Shown in pieces: positions 1 to 9,352 of a DNA stretch of 49,039 nucleotides. Made by a program: the position numbers and the translations under genes. The DNA is from Paracoccaceae bacterium. Its GTDB lineage: Bacteria; Pseudomonadota; Alphaproteobacteria; Rhodobacterales; Rhodobacteraceae. Under the pieces are notes generated by a model. That model saw nothing but the letters and a program-made list of their open reading frames with translations, made no database searches and was not told where the DNA came from. Within the stretch, counting starts at the first letter, position 1, and each line of letters starts with the position of its first letter. The stretch spans positions 1-49,039 of the forward strand of contig JAESRG010000001.1 of assembly GCA_016764785.1 (NCBI GenBank). Reading direction: 5' to 3'.

Positions 1-224
1 CCATATCAGCTGGATTATTATCAATATGCTCATGCATAATCGCAATATTAAATGCTTCTTTGAGTAGTACTCTAGCTGTAGATATTGATGACCTAGCTAA
101 ACCTTTCTCAATTAAATTATCATGCCATTTTTTTATATGTATTGGCCTGATTTTTGAAGGCATCATTTTATCAAAGTAAGGTATTACATTTTTCTTTAAA
201 ATAGCCTTGTATGTAATAATGCTT
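1..224 (-). mobile_element. Partial tyrosine recombinase (phage-type integrase) gene fragment, core-binding SAM-like domain only; runs off the left edge and its own 5' part is missing
   Basis: Hand translation of the minus strand from nt 220 to 1 gives IITYKAILKKNVIPYFDKMMPSKIRPIHIKKWHDNLIEKGLARSSISTARVLLKEAFNIAIMHEHIDNNPADM. This fits the T..Y...L...I.P.FG...I...I..W...L...GLS.STI...L...F..A...I..NP pattern of integrase N-terminal SAM-like domains. G+C is about 30% (hand count) against about 55% immediately to the right. It is absent from the ORF track because no long Met-initiated ORF fits. Confidence 0.6.
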
Positions 225-1208
225 TTATGTTTCAATGATGTGGCTTTGAATGAATGGCGCACCCTCAGCCGCGCCCTGTTCAGGCGATTTCAGGCAACAT
301 TCCCATTCCAGAACCGCCCAGCTGTCATAGCCATATTGCGCTAGTTTTGAGAAAATGCCTTTGAAATCGACTTGTCCGTCACCCAATGAACGGAAACGTC
401 CCGCGCGATCTGTCCAGCCTGCATAACCAGAATAAACGCCTTGGCGACCAGTCGGATTAAATTCGGCATCTTTAACATGATACGCACTGATGCGGTCATG
501 GTAGATGTCGATAAAGGCAAGGTAATCAAGTTGTTGCAGCACAAAATGCGACGGATCGTAGTTGATCATAGCACGGTTATGGCCGCCAACCGCATCGACG
601 AACATCTCAAATGTGTGGCCGTCAAATACATCTTCGCCGGGGTGGATTTCATAGGCGATATCGCAGCCTGCGTCCTCATAGGCGTTCAAAATCGGTGTCC
701 AGCGGCGGCCCAGTTCTTTAAACGCTTCCTCAACCAAACCCTCAGGGCGTTGTGGCCACGGGTACAGGAACGGAAAAATCAGCGAGCCGGTGAACGACAC
801 CGACACATTAAGCCCAAGCCGTTGGCTGGCTTTCGCGGCTTTGAGCATTTGATCAACGGCCCATTCTTGACGCGCCTTTGGGTTGCCATGCACCGATTTC
901 GGGGCAAAAGCATCAAATGCTTGGTCATAGGCGGGGTTTACCGCAACCAACTGCCCTTGCAGATGGGTTGAAAGTTCGGTGATCACCACACCCGCATCTG
1001 CACAAATACCTATGATTTCGTCGCAATAGGTTTGGCTTTCAGCCGCCTTATCAAGGTCAAACAGGCGTGGATCAAATGTCGGAATTTGCACGCCTTTATA
1101 CCCTAAACCTGCGGCCCATTTGGTGATGTTTTCAAGCGTGTTGAAAGGGGCGTCATCCCCTGCGAATTGTGCCAGAAACAGTGCTGGACCTTTGATTAAA
1201 CCGGCCAT
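225..1208 (-). CDS. Xylose-isomerase-like TIM-barrel protein (sugar phosphate isomerase/epimerase family); C-terminus may be cut short at the composition break
   Basis: 327-aa ORF with ATG at 1208-1206. It has the typical family layout (YEIHPGE, HVKD, LEWECC motifs). It ends ...FIQSHIIET* exactly where G+C drops. Confidence 0.8.
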   Translation of the reverse strand: MAGLIKGPALFLAQFAGDDAPFNTLENITKWAAGLGYKGVQIPTFDPRLFDLDKAAESQTYCDEIIGICADAGVVITELSTHLQGQLVAVNPAYDQAFDAFAPKSVHGNPKARQEWAVDQMLKAAKASQRLGLNVSVSFTGSLIFPFLYPWPQRPEGLVEEAFKELGRRWTPILNAYEDAGCDIAYEIHPGEDVFDGHTFEMFVDAVGGHNRAMINYDPSHFVLQQLDYLAFIDIYHDRISAYHVKDAEFNPTGRQGVYSGYAGWTDRAGRFRSLGDGQVDFKGIFSKLAQYGYDSWAVLEWECCLKSPEQGAAEGAPFIQSHIIET

Positions 1209-1220
1209 GTGATGTGCCCC

Positions 1221-2828
1221 CTATTTAGGAATGTAATTGAAATAGTCGAAATCGGCCGCTTTGGCGCGACCGCTGGTGTCGAACGCTAGCATACCGATAA
1301 ATGCGCCGGTAAAGGAACCATGTTCGCCGCGCCCGCCCTCATCTGAAATGACGCTGGCATCAAGTACTGGCCCGATGGCAACCCAATCGCCGGTGGTGCG
1401 ATAGAAATATTGCAGTTTATCATGGTTAACTTCGGCGGCCAGTTCAACGGTGTCACCGTCAAGTGGCACGTTTTTGTCCATCGGAAATGTAAGCGCCGCG
1501 TCAGGCCAATCACCAACACAGTTCTGAATGGTCAGCACTGGCCCGCCGGTATTAGGGTCAAAGGTTACAACCAGCGCATGGAATTTTGAGCGACTGTAAT
1601 AATGCGTTAACCCCGCTACCTGCTGATAGGTTTCGGGCGCGAATGTAAGCTTGGTCTCGGCACGAAAGGCATAGTCTTCCTGACGCCGTGCCACCAGCGC
1701 TTGTTCAAACCAACTGCCATAGCTTTCGCGGCCAAACAACCGCAGGCTACTGCCGGTCAGTTGGAAAATCCGGTTGGTGTCAGGTGTACGCAGCCATTGA
1801 AATTCGCTGGGTAATTCAGGCCCGTCAAACGTGGTATACACTGCGTCACGCGGCTTGGGCATGATGGTTGGATCAGGCGAAGGTACCTCAACATCGGGCA
1901 CCATGGTGCCGTTTTCCAAGTACAGCCAGTCATCATCGCGCCACACACATTTTTGAATACCGGTTTCGCGGCCCAAAGTGCAAAAGTTTTTGCTGAGACC
2001 GGGCAGAGGGCGGCCCATCAGGTGGGTGTGATAGGCCTCGCCGTTTGGTGTTTCAACATATTGGCCGTGGCCTGCGCGCTGGATGATGTTATCGGGTGCG
2101 TCTTTGGCAGAAATCAGGTGTTTGTTTGGATGGTCCTCATATGGCCCGTCAATATTGCGCGCCCGCGCCATGGTGACGGCGTGGTGATAACCTGTGCCGC
2201 CCTCAGCCGTGGTCAGGTAATAATAGCCGTTTTTCTTAAAGAAATGCGGCCCCTCAACCAGCCCCAAATCGGTGCCAGCATAGATATTTTTGATTGGGCC
2301 GACTAGTTTCTCAGTAACGGCATCATATTCTTGCAACAGAATGCCGTCGAACGCCGGATGCGTGGGCGATCCGCCAATACTGTTGGTGGTATGGCGCCAT
2401 TGCATGTTGGCAAACCATTTTTTGCCGTCATCATCATGGAACAAAGTCGGGTCAAAGCCCGATGAATTGGTATAGACTGGATCAGACCATTCACCGTCAA
2501 TGGTATCACACGTCACGATGTAATTATGCGCATCTTTGAAATTGCCGTCATAGCGTTTCACGTCGGTGTAAACCAACCAGAACTTACCATCTGCATAAGA
2601 CAAACACGGCGCCCAGATGCCGCAGCTGTCGGGGTTGCCGCGCATATCAAGTTGCGATTTCCGGTTCAGCGGACGGGTTATCATCTCCCAATTAACGAGA
2701 TCGCGGGAATGATGGATTTGCACACCGGGGTACCACTCAAACGTGGAAACGGCGATGTAATAATCCTTGCCGACCCGCACGATTGACGGGTCAGCGTTAA
2801 AGCCCGGAAGGACTGGATTGACGATCAT
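1221..2828 (-). CDS. Glycoside hydrolase family 43 beta-xylosidase / alpha-L-arabinofuranosidase
   Basis: 535-aa ORF. The N-terminus NPVLPGFNADPSIVRVGKDYYIAVSTFEWYPGVQIHHSRDLVNW is the canonical GH43 beta-xylosidase start, and the size matches the two-domain XynB/YagH type. Confidence 0.85.
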   Translation of the reverse strand: MIVNPVLPGFNADPSIVRVGKDYYIAVSTFEWYPGVQIHHSRDLVNWEMITRPLNRKSQLDMRGNPDSCGIWAPCLSYADGKFWLVYTDVKRYDGNFKDAHNYIVTCDTIDGEWSDPVYTNSSGFDPTLFHDDDGKKWFANMQWRHTTNSIGGSPTHPAFDGILLQEYDAVTEKLVGPIKNIYAGTDLGLVEGPHFFKKNGYYYLTTAEGGTGYHHAVTMARARNIDGPYEDHPNKHLISAKDAPDNIIQRAGHGQYVETPNGEAYHTHLMGRPLPGLSKNFCTLGRETGIQKCVWRDDDWLYLENGTMVPDVEVPSPDPTIMPKPRDAVYTTFDGPELPSEFQWLRTPDTNRIFQLTGSSLRLFGRESYGSWFEQALVARRQEDYAFRAETKLTFAPETYQQVAGLTHYYSRSKFHALVVTFDPNTGGPVLTIQNCVGDWPDAALTFPMDKNVPLDGDTVELAAEVNHDKLQYFYRTTGDWVAIGPVLDASVISDEGGRGEHGSFTGAFIGMLAFDTSGRAKAADFDYFNYIPK

Positions 2829-2840
2829 TATTTAATTCCT

Positions 2841-3869
2841 TCAGCTGTCGGATGAGCGCGCCCAGAGGTTGATATCTTCCTCGTTCGCGTAAACATCAAT
2901 GTCGGTCAGCTCAGCTGCCGTGAATTCCAGATTATCAACAGCGCCAACGCAGTCAATCACCTGTTGCGGTTTGGACGCGCCGATCAAAGCGGTGGTAATA
3001 CCGCCGTCGCGCAGCACCCATGCCAGCGCCATTTGCGCCAAGCTTTGGCCCCGCGCCGCGGCAATATCGTTCAGCTTGTTGATGTTCTCAATGGCTTTGT
3101 CGCTCAGCATATTCGGGTTCAGCGATTTACCTTGGGTGGCGCGGCTGCCATCGGGCGTGCCTTTCAGGTATTTGTTGGTCAACATGCCCTGTGCCAGTGG
3201 CGTAAACGCGATTGACCCAACGCCCAGTTCTTTCAATGTGTCCTTCAGCCCGTCAGTTTCGACCCAACGATTGATCATATTATAGCTGGGTTGATGGATC
3301 AGGCAGGGAGTACCCAGATCGTTCAGAATTGCCACGGCCTCACGGGTTTTTTCAGAGTTATACGATGAAATGCCTACATAAAGCGCGCGACCTGAGCGCA
3401 CGATATAATCAAGTGCGCCCATGGTTTCTTCAAGAGGGGTGTCAGGGTCAAAGCGGTGCGAATAAAAGATATCGACGTAATCCAACCCCATGCGTTTCAG
3501 CGACTGATCGCATGACGCAATCAGGTATTTGCGGCTGCCCCACTCGCCGTATGGGCCGGGCCACATGTCGTATCCGGCCTTGGACGAAATGATTAGCTCA
3601 TCGCGATAGGGCATCAGATCTTCTTTCAGGATTGACCCGAAAGCGTGTTCTGCGGAACCCGCAGGCGGGCCATAGTTATTGGCCAAATCAAAATGGGTGA
3701 TGCCATTGTCAAACGCAGTTTGGCAGATGTCACGTTTGTTCTGGTGGTTGGAATCACCGCCAAAATTGTGCCAAAGGCCAATGGATATTGCTGGCAGTTT
3801 TAGCCCGCTGTTACCGCAACGGCGGTAAACCATGTTGTCGTAACGTGTGTCGCTTGCTTTATAGGTCAT
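2841..3869 (-). CDS. Aldo/keto reductase (YghZ/Gpr-like subgroup)
   Basis: 342-aa ORF. MVYRRCGNSGLKLPAISIGLWHNFG ... ITHFDLANNYGPPAGSAE is typical of the AKR superfamily. Confidence 0.8.
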   Translation of the reverse strand: MTYKASDTRYDNMVYRRCGNSGLKLPAISIGLWHNFGGDSNHQNKRDICQTAFDNGITHFDLANNYGPPAGSAEHAFGSILKEDLMPYRDELIISSKAGYDMWPGPYGEWGSRKYLIASCDQSLKRMGLDYVDIFYSHRFDPDTPLEETMGALDYIVRSGRALYVGISSYNSEKTREAVAILNDLGTPCLIHQPSYNMINRWVETDGLKDTLKELGVGSIAFTPLAQGMLTNKYLKGTPDGSRATQGKSLNPNMLSDKAIENINKLNDIAAARGQSLAQMALAWVLRDGGITTALIGASKPQQVIDCVGAVDNLEFTAAELTDIDVYANEEDINLWARSSDS

Positions 3870-3882
3870 GTTGGCCTCCCGT

Positions 3883-3918
3883 CAAAAAAGTGTCCCGCAA
3901 GCCGTCGGGCTTGCGGGA
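3883..3918 (-). terminator. Rho-independent terminator or attenuator after the Gfo/Idh/MocA gene
   Basis: 11-bp GC-rich stem (3893-3903 pairs with 3908-3918, core cccgcaagcc/ggcttgcggg) with a 4-nt loop. On the minus strand it is followed by cac then TTTTTT (A-run 3884-3889). Confidence 0.6.
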
Positions 3919-3925
3919 AGATGTT

Positions 3926-5056
3926 TTATCGCAACAATGCAGCGGCCTCGTCGGGGCTTAGATAAGCCGGACGGTCGCAGGTTGTGGTCATGTCAATAAA
4001 GGTGCCGGTTTCGCCGGATTTAATGATCGACGTCATCACGTCAACAGCATGCACAGCCCGATCGAGCGAGCAGCGATGATCGCGCCCCTCAACAATCGCG
4101 CTAACCATATCGGCCAGACCGGCAGTGCGATAATTCGCCATCATCCCGTCGCCATGTTCCTGATTTGGAATGCCAAGCGGGTGATCCCAGCCATCAACTT
4201 CTTTGATGTCTTTATCCTTGCCCGAGTATTCCACGGTGCCACCAAAGAAGTTCGGATCGGGGACATAAATTGTGCCCTCGGTGCCGTACAGTTCCATGTT
4301 GGCGTGGCGGTGGCTCCAAACATCCCAGCTGGTGGAAAGAGTAATGGTCGCGCCATTTTCAAATTCCAGCAGGGCGTGGATGTTGGTCGGGGTTTTAACC
4401 GGAACGGTTTCACCCTCGCGATCACCAGACCCGATAGTGCGGGTGTCGGACACAGCGGTCGCCAGTGCTGCAACCCGTTTCACCGGCCCGATCAGGTTGA
4501 TCAGATTGGCGATATAATACGGCCCGATATCCAGAATTGGCCCTGCCCCGGGCAGGAAGAAAAAGTCGGGGTTTGGATGCCAGCTTTCCATGCCATGCGA
4601 CATGACATGGCACGAGCCAGCGATGATTTTACCCACCAGACCCTCGTCAATTTTCTTGCGCGCCAGCTGATGTGCGCCGCCCAGAATGGTATCAGGGGCT
4701 GACCCAACCCGCAGGTTTTTCTCTGCCGCCAAATCGCGCAAAGACTTGCCCTGTTCTAGCGTCAGCACCAAAGGTTTTTCCGAAAACGCATGTTTTCCGG
4801 CCTCAAGAATGCTTTTTGTTACGCCGTAATGTGCGTCAGGGATGGTCAGGTTAACGATGACGTCGATGTCATCTGACGCCAACAAATCTTCGACCGTGCG
4901 CGCGTCAACGCTGAATTCCTCAGCGCGGGCTTTGGCGGCATCCATGTTCAAATCGGCAACCGCACGGATTTCCAGATTTTTGAACAATTTGCCGAGCTTC
5001 AGGTAAGCCGCAGAAATATTTCCGCAGCCAACAATGCCTACTCCTAGATCACTCAT
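3926..5056 (-). CDS. Gfo/Idh/MocA family NAD(P)-dependent oxidoreductase
   Basis: 376-aa ORF. The N-terminal Rossmann motif is GVGIVGCGNISAAYLK, and the family-typical EKPL motif (FSEKPLVLT) is present. Confidence 0.85.
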   Translation of the reverse strand: MSDLGVGIVGCGNISAAYLKLGKLFKNLEIRAVADLNMDAAKARAEEFSVDARTVEDLLASDDIDVIVNLTIPDAHYGVTKSILEAGKHAFSEKPLVLTLEQGKSLRDLAAEKNLRVGSAPDTILGGAHQLARKKIDEGLVGKIIAGSCHVMSHGMESWHPNPDFFFLPGAGPILDIGPYYIANLINLIGPVKRVAALATAVSDTRTIGSGDREGETVPVKTPTNIHALLEFENGATITLSTSWDVWSHRHANMELYGTEGTIYVPDPNFFGGTVEYSGKDKDIKEVDGWDHPLGIPNQEHGDGMMANYRTAGLADMVSAIVEGRDHRCSLDRAVHAVDVMTSIIKSGETGTFIDMTTTCDRPAYLSPDEAAALLR

Positions 5057-5065
5057 GTTGGTCTC

Positions 5066-5821
5066 CTAATATTTCTTTGCTGCGTCAATCGAGGTTTTTG
5101 CAAACCGCGTCGCGTCATTCGGATTGTCGTGTTCCATCACGTAATACTTCGCAGACGTACCTTTCAGCGCATCCATCAAACCCTGCCAGTCAACGGTGCC
5201 TTCGCCCACGTCGGCCCAGCCGTCCTCATCGACATTTTCACCAGCGGGGGCGATGTCTTTGATATGCACCGCTGAAATCCGGTCGCTGAATTTTTTGATA
5301 TAGGCAAACGGATCGCCGCCACCGCGCACGATCCAGGCAATGTCAGCTTCCCATGTCAAATCAGGGCCGCCCTCTAAGATCAGATCCATCGGGATGGAGC
5401 CGTCTTCAAGCGTCACAAATTCGAAATCGTGGTTGTGCCAGCCAACCGTCAGGCCGGCGTCAATGTAGGGTTGAAACGCGGTTTGCAGCCGTGCGCCAAA
5501 TTCACGCCAGCCGTCAGCGGTTGTCGGGCGATCTTCGGCGGCCAGATGCGGGCAATAAATGGCTTCCATGCCAAGAGTTTTGGCCATAGCCAAATTGGCC
5601 TCAACATTGTTCTCAATCGATTGGAGGCCAACGTGGCCCGATGCCATGTGCAACCCAGCCGCATCCAAATCGGCCTTTAGCGTGTCGATGTCGTCAAGGT
5701 CAGCGTAAAGCGCGCCATAACCTTCGACCTGTTTATAGCCAACCGCGCCAAGCATTTGCAGCGTTGACGACAGCGGCGGGTAATTACGCGAGCTGTAAAG
5801 CTGGTAAGAAAAATCTGTCAT
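5066..5821 (-). CDS. Xylose-isomerase-like TIM-barrel protein (sugar phosphate isomerase/epimerase family)
   Basis: 251-aa ORF with WHNHDFEF, AVHIKD and YYVMEHD motifs typical of the family. It sits 9 nt upstream of the Gfo/Idh/MocA gene. Confidence 0.8.
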   Translation of the reverse strand: MTDFSYQLYSSRNYPPLSSTLQMLGAVGYKQVEGYGALYADLDDIDTLKADLDAAGLHMASGHVGLQSIENNVEANLAMAKTLGMEAIYCPHLAAEDRPTTADGWREFGARLQTAFQPYIDAGLTVGWHNHDFEFVTLEDGSIPMDLILEGGPDLTWEADIAWIVRGGGDPFAYIKKFSDRISAVHIKDIAPAGENVDEDGWADVGEGTVDWQGLMDALKGTSAKYYVMEHDNPNDATRFAKTSIDAAKKY

Positions 5822-5860
5822 GGGTATTCTCCGGGTTGTTTGGCTTAGATCAGCCGGGTG

Positions 5861-8263
5861 TTAGGAATAAGTGGCGCTGTAAAGGTCGCGGACCAATATG
5901 GTTTTCGCGGCGTCCTCAGCGCTGGTATCTTTGGGCTTAAAGGTGATTTTGACGGTCTCGCCGGGTAGTTGCATAAAACAGTTATCCGAGAACCGACCAG
6001 AAACGCCAGCCTCAATTGACACAAACAACGCCAATGCCGAGACAGAGGTTTTGATGATGACTTTGTCACCTGAAACCTCAGTTTCAAAGCTGAGCTTGCT
6101 GTCTTGCAGCTCGAACGATTTATAGGGTTCCGGCGTGTAATGGCCACGTCCGCTTTGGCCGTTTTTGGCCGAAAACGAATAGCCGAGCATCTGCCCTTCG
6201 GGGATTTGATTTTTCGTCAGGGTCAGCAAAGTTTTGGCGGCGTCAGTATTCACCAGAGCACTGGCTGATTGCAATATGGTCGTAGAGCCGTCCAGCGACA
6301 AAAGTACCAGCGTCACCTCGACTTCCTGCGCGTCAAGACAGTCATTGACGGCAACAACCTTCAGATTATCACCATCAGGAATGATCGAGACCGTCACCGG
6401 CTGGAAGAAATTTTTGGCCATGTGGTGCATGGATTTCCAGTCGCCACCGTGGTTCAGGCCCGACCAGCTCATGGTTGGCCACGTGTCATTCAGTTGCCAG
6501 TAAAGCGCGCCCATGCAATGGGGTTTGATGCTGCGCCAGTACTCAACAGCGGTTTGCATCGCCAAGCCCTGCTGGACTTGCGACAGGTAAACGAAATTCT
6601 CGAACCCCTCGGGGAAGCGGAAATACCGAAACATCGTCTCGGCAATTCGCGCGTTGCCACCAGCGTTTTTCTGGTGGCTTTCCATGATTGGGCTGCCGAT
6701 ATTCAGGTCTTTATCATCGGTAAATTTCCGAATGATATTCATCGACGGAAAGGACTGGAAACCAAATTCTGAACAGAAACGCGGGTTGATGTCGCGATAG
6801 TTGTCGAATGATTTACCTTCGTGCCAAACCGCCCAATAGTGCATATCGCCCGAGCTATCGTCGTGCCACGCATCGCCGAAATTCATTGGCCCGGGTGATG
6901 GGCTGGAGGGCCACCAAACGGCGCTCGGGTCGGTTTCTTTCAGGGTATTTTCGATGGAGCGATTCAGGCGGTCATAGCCCACCAGATACCGGTCACGATT
7001 ATTGATCGAGGTTTCAAACCACCCCAGCGCACCAATCAGTTCATTGTCGCCACACCAAAGCGCCAGACAGGCGTGGTGCGACAGACGCGCGACCTGATCG
7101 CGGACCTCAAGGGTTACGTCATCCAGAAATTCTTTGTCAGACGGGTAAAGATTGCACGAGAACATGAAATCCTGCCAGATCATCAGGCCCATTTCGGAAC
7201 ACATGTCATAGAACCAGTCAGCCTCATAACGGCCGCCACCCCAGACGCGGATCATATTCATGTTAACGTTAACAGCAGACTGCAAAAGATCGCGCGTTTC
7301 TTCTTGGGATATCCGTCCCGACAGGGCATCAGCCGGAATCCAGTTGGCGCCGCGCGCAAAAGTCCGGTGCTCGTTGACTTCAAACGTGAATTCAGCACCT
7401 TTGGCGTCTTTTTCGGTCAGTAATTTGATGGTACGCAGCCCGATTTTACGGACCGCCAACTGCGGTCCGACTGTGACTTCAAGATCATACAAAGGTTGTT
7501 CACCTAGCCCGGCAGGCCACCATATTTTAGGCGATTCAATGCAAATTGTGCCTGAGATCGACCCACCCGAAACCTGGCCGGTCAGCGACTGCCCGTCGAT
7601 TTCGATTTTGTAATCCTGCCCGTCAACCACGTTGTCCAGCGACACCGTGATGGTCAGGTCAACCTGACCATCTTCATGCACCTGCCCAACATGGATTTGT
7701 GAAATCCGGTTGTCTGAATGGCCAATGGTAATATCGCCAGCCACCCCGAACGGGGCGAGGGCGATGTTCCAGTCCCAACCAAAATCGCTTTGGCATTTGC
7801 GCAGCATATTCCCGTTTGGGATATCGCAATTGCCCTCATGAAACGGAATTTCATAAGGCTGTGCGGCTTGGCGCTTGTTGGCCTCAGTGGTGTTCGACAG
7901 AAAGTGGATGGCGATGGTATTCTCACCAGCAACCAACAGGTCGGTCACGTTATGGTGGAAAAACCGGAAAGCATTGGCCGCGGTGAACAGCAATTCGCCG
8001 TTCAAACGCACTTCGGCAACGCAATCAAGCCCCGAGATATTCAGCTCATAATTCTCATCATCAGGTGAGAAATTGAACGTCCGCTCGACATCCCAATCAC
8101 GATCCGCAATCCAGCGACTGTCGTATTCGTTTTTGCCCCAATACGGGTCTTCGATCACCCCAGCATTATACAATGCCGAGATAGAATCGCCCGGCAATGT
8201 CATCTCAACATCGTAGTTGCTGGAATCGTCACGCAATGACCATTTTCCCGATAAATTAATCAT
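5861..8263 (-). CDS. Glycoside hydrolase family 2, beta-mannosidase-like
   Basis: 800-aa ORF. The N-terminus GKWSLRD...LPGDSISALYNAGVIEDPYWGKNE and the catalytic region NMIRVWGGGRYEADWFYDMCSEMGLMIWQDFMFSC are characteristic of beta-mannosidases. Confidence 0.8.
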   Translation of the reverse strand: MINLSGKWSLRDDSSNYDVEMTLPGDSISALYNAGVIEDPYWGKNEYDSRWIADRDWDVERTFNFSPDDENYELNISGLDCVAEVRLNGELLFTAANAFRFFHHNVTDLLVAGENTIAIHFLSNTTEANKRQAAQPYEIPFHEGNCDIPNGNMLRKCQSDFGWDWNIALAPFGVAGDITIGHSDNRISQIHVGQVHEDGQVDLTITVSLDNVVDGQDYKIEIDGQSLTGQVSGGSISGTICIESPKIWWPAGLGEQPLYDLEVTVGPQLAVRKIGLRTIKLLTEKDAKGAEFTFEVNEHRTFARGANWIPADALSGRISQEETRDLLQSAVNVNMNMIRVWGGGRYEADWFYDMCSEMGLMIWQDFMFSCNLYPSDKEFLDDVTLEVRDQVARLSHHACLALWCGDNELIGALGWFETSINNRDRYLVGYDRLNRSIENTLKETDPSAVWWPSSPSPGPMNFGDAWHDDSSGDMHYWAVWHEGKSFDNYRDINPRFCSEFGFQSFPSMNIIRKFTDDKDLNIGSPIMESHQKNAGGNARIAETMFRYFRFPEGFENFVYLSQVQQGLAMQTAVEYWRSIKPHCMGALYWQLNDTWPTMSWSGLNHGGDWKSMHHMAKNFFQPVTVSIIPDGDNLKVVAVNDCLDAQEVEVTLVLLSLDGSTTILQSASALVNTDAAKTLLTLTKNQIPEGQMLGYSFSAKNGQSGRGHYTPEPYKSFELQDSKLSFETEVSGDKVIIKTSVSALALFVSIEAGVSGRFSDNCFMQLPGETVKITFKPKDTSAEDAAKTILVRDLYSATYS

Positions 8264-8266
8264 GTG

Positions 8267-9346
8267 TTAAAGGCGCTCCTCGGTCGCGGAATCAAACAAC
8301 GATGCTTTGCCGATGTTGAATTCAAGATGTAACGTCGACCCTTGCTCGTATTTTTCATCCGCGTCTACCAATGCCGAAATCCGTTGGTCTTCGACAATGA
8401 AATACAGCAGGCTTTCTGAGCCAAGGGCTTCAACAAGTTCCAGATTGGCAACGACAGTTTTACCCTCGATGGCCGCGCGGTGAACTGTGGTATGCTCGGG
8501 GCGAAGGCCCAGTTTGACATCCGATGAGGTCGAAGCGGTGTTGTCACCGTCGTATTCGGCAAGCGGAACCGTAACATTTCCAAAAGTAAACGTGCTGCCG
8601 TCGCCAGAGATTTTACCGTCAACAAAGCTCATCCCCGGTGATCCAACAAAACCCGCCACAAACAGGTTGGTCGGGCGATTGTAAACCGTATATGGATCAG
8701 CAAGTTGCTGGATAAATCCGTCACGCATAATGGCGATACGATCCGCAAGGGTCATGGCCTCAATCTGGTCATGGGTCACATAGATCATAGTGTTTTGCAG
8801 GCGGTTATGCAGCTGTTTTAGTTCTACGCGCAGCTCGGTCCGCAACTTGGCGTCGAGGTTCGATAGCGGTTCGTCAAACAGATACACATCCACATCGCGC
8901 ACCAGCGCCCGACCAATGGCCACACGTTGACGTTGCCCACCAGACAGGGCGCCCGGCTTGCGATTAAGCAGGTCTTGAATTTGCAGAATATCAGCAACGC
9001 GGCTGACCCGTTCTTTGATCTCAGCCCGAGAGAATTTCTGGGTTTTCAAGCCGAAAGAAAGATTGCCACGCACCGTCATTTGCGGATACAGCGCGTAAGA
9101 CTGGAACACCATGCCGATGCCGCGGTCTTTTGGTTCAGCCCAGGTTACATTTTTGCCCGAGATATGAATTTGACCGCCTGTGATGTCTAGCAACCCCGCG
9201 ATACAGTTCAGCAAGGTTGATTTGCCACAGCCCGAAGGCCCTAGCAGTACCAGAAACTCGCCTTCTTCGATGTCGATATTAAGATCTTTTAGAACTTGAA
9301 CAGAGCCAAAGCTAAGATCCAGATGTTGTACGGATACACTTGTCAT
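8267..9346 (-). CDS. Carbohydrate ABC transporter ATP-binding protein (MalK/UgpC type)
   Basis: 359-aa ORF with Walker A GPSGCGKST, signature LSGGQRQR, Walker B YLFDEPLS and a C-terminal regulatory/TOBE-like extension. Confidence 0.9.
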   Translation of the reverse strand: MTSVSVQHLDLSFGSVQVLKDLNIDIEEGEFLVLLGPSGCGKSTLLNCIAGLLDITGGQIHISGKNVTWAEPKDRGIGMVFQSYALYPQMTVRGNLSFGLKTQKFSRAEIKERVSRVADILQIQDLLNRKPGALSGGQRQRVAIGRALVRDVDVYLFDEPLSNLDAKLRTELRVELKQLHNRLQNTMIYVTHDQIEAMTLADRIAIMRDGFIQQLADPYTVYNRPTNLFVAGFVGSPGMSFVDGKISGDGSTFTFGNVTVPLAEYDGDNTASTSSDVKLGLRPEHTTVHRAAIEGKTVVANLELVEALGSESLLYFIVEDQRISALVDADEKYEQGSTLHLEFNIGKASLFDSATEERL

Positions 9347-9352
9347 TTTATG

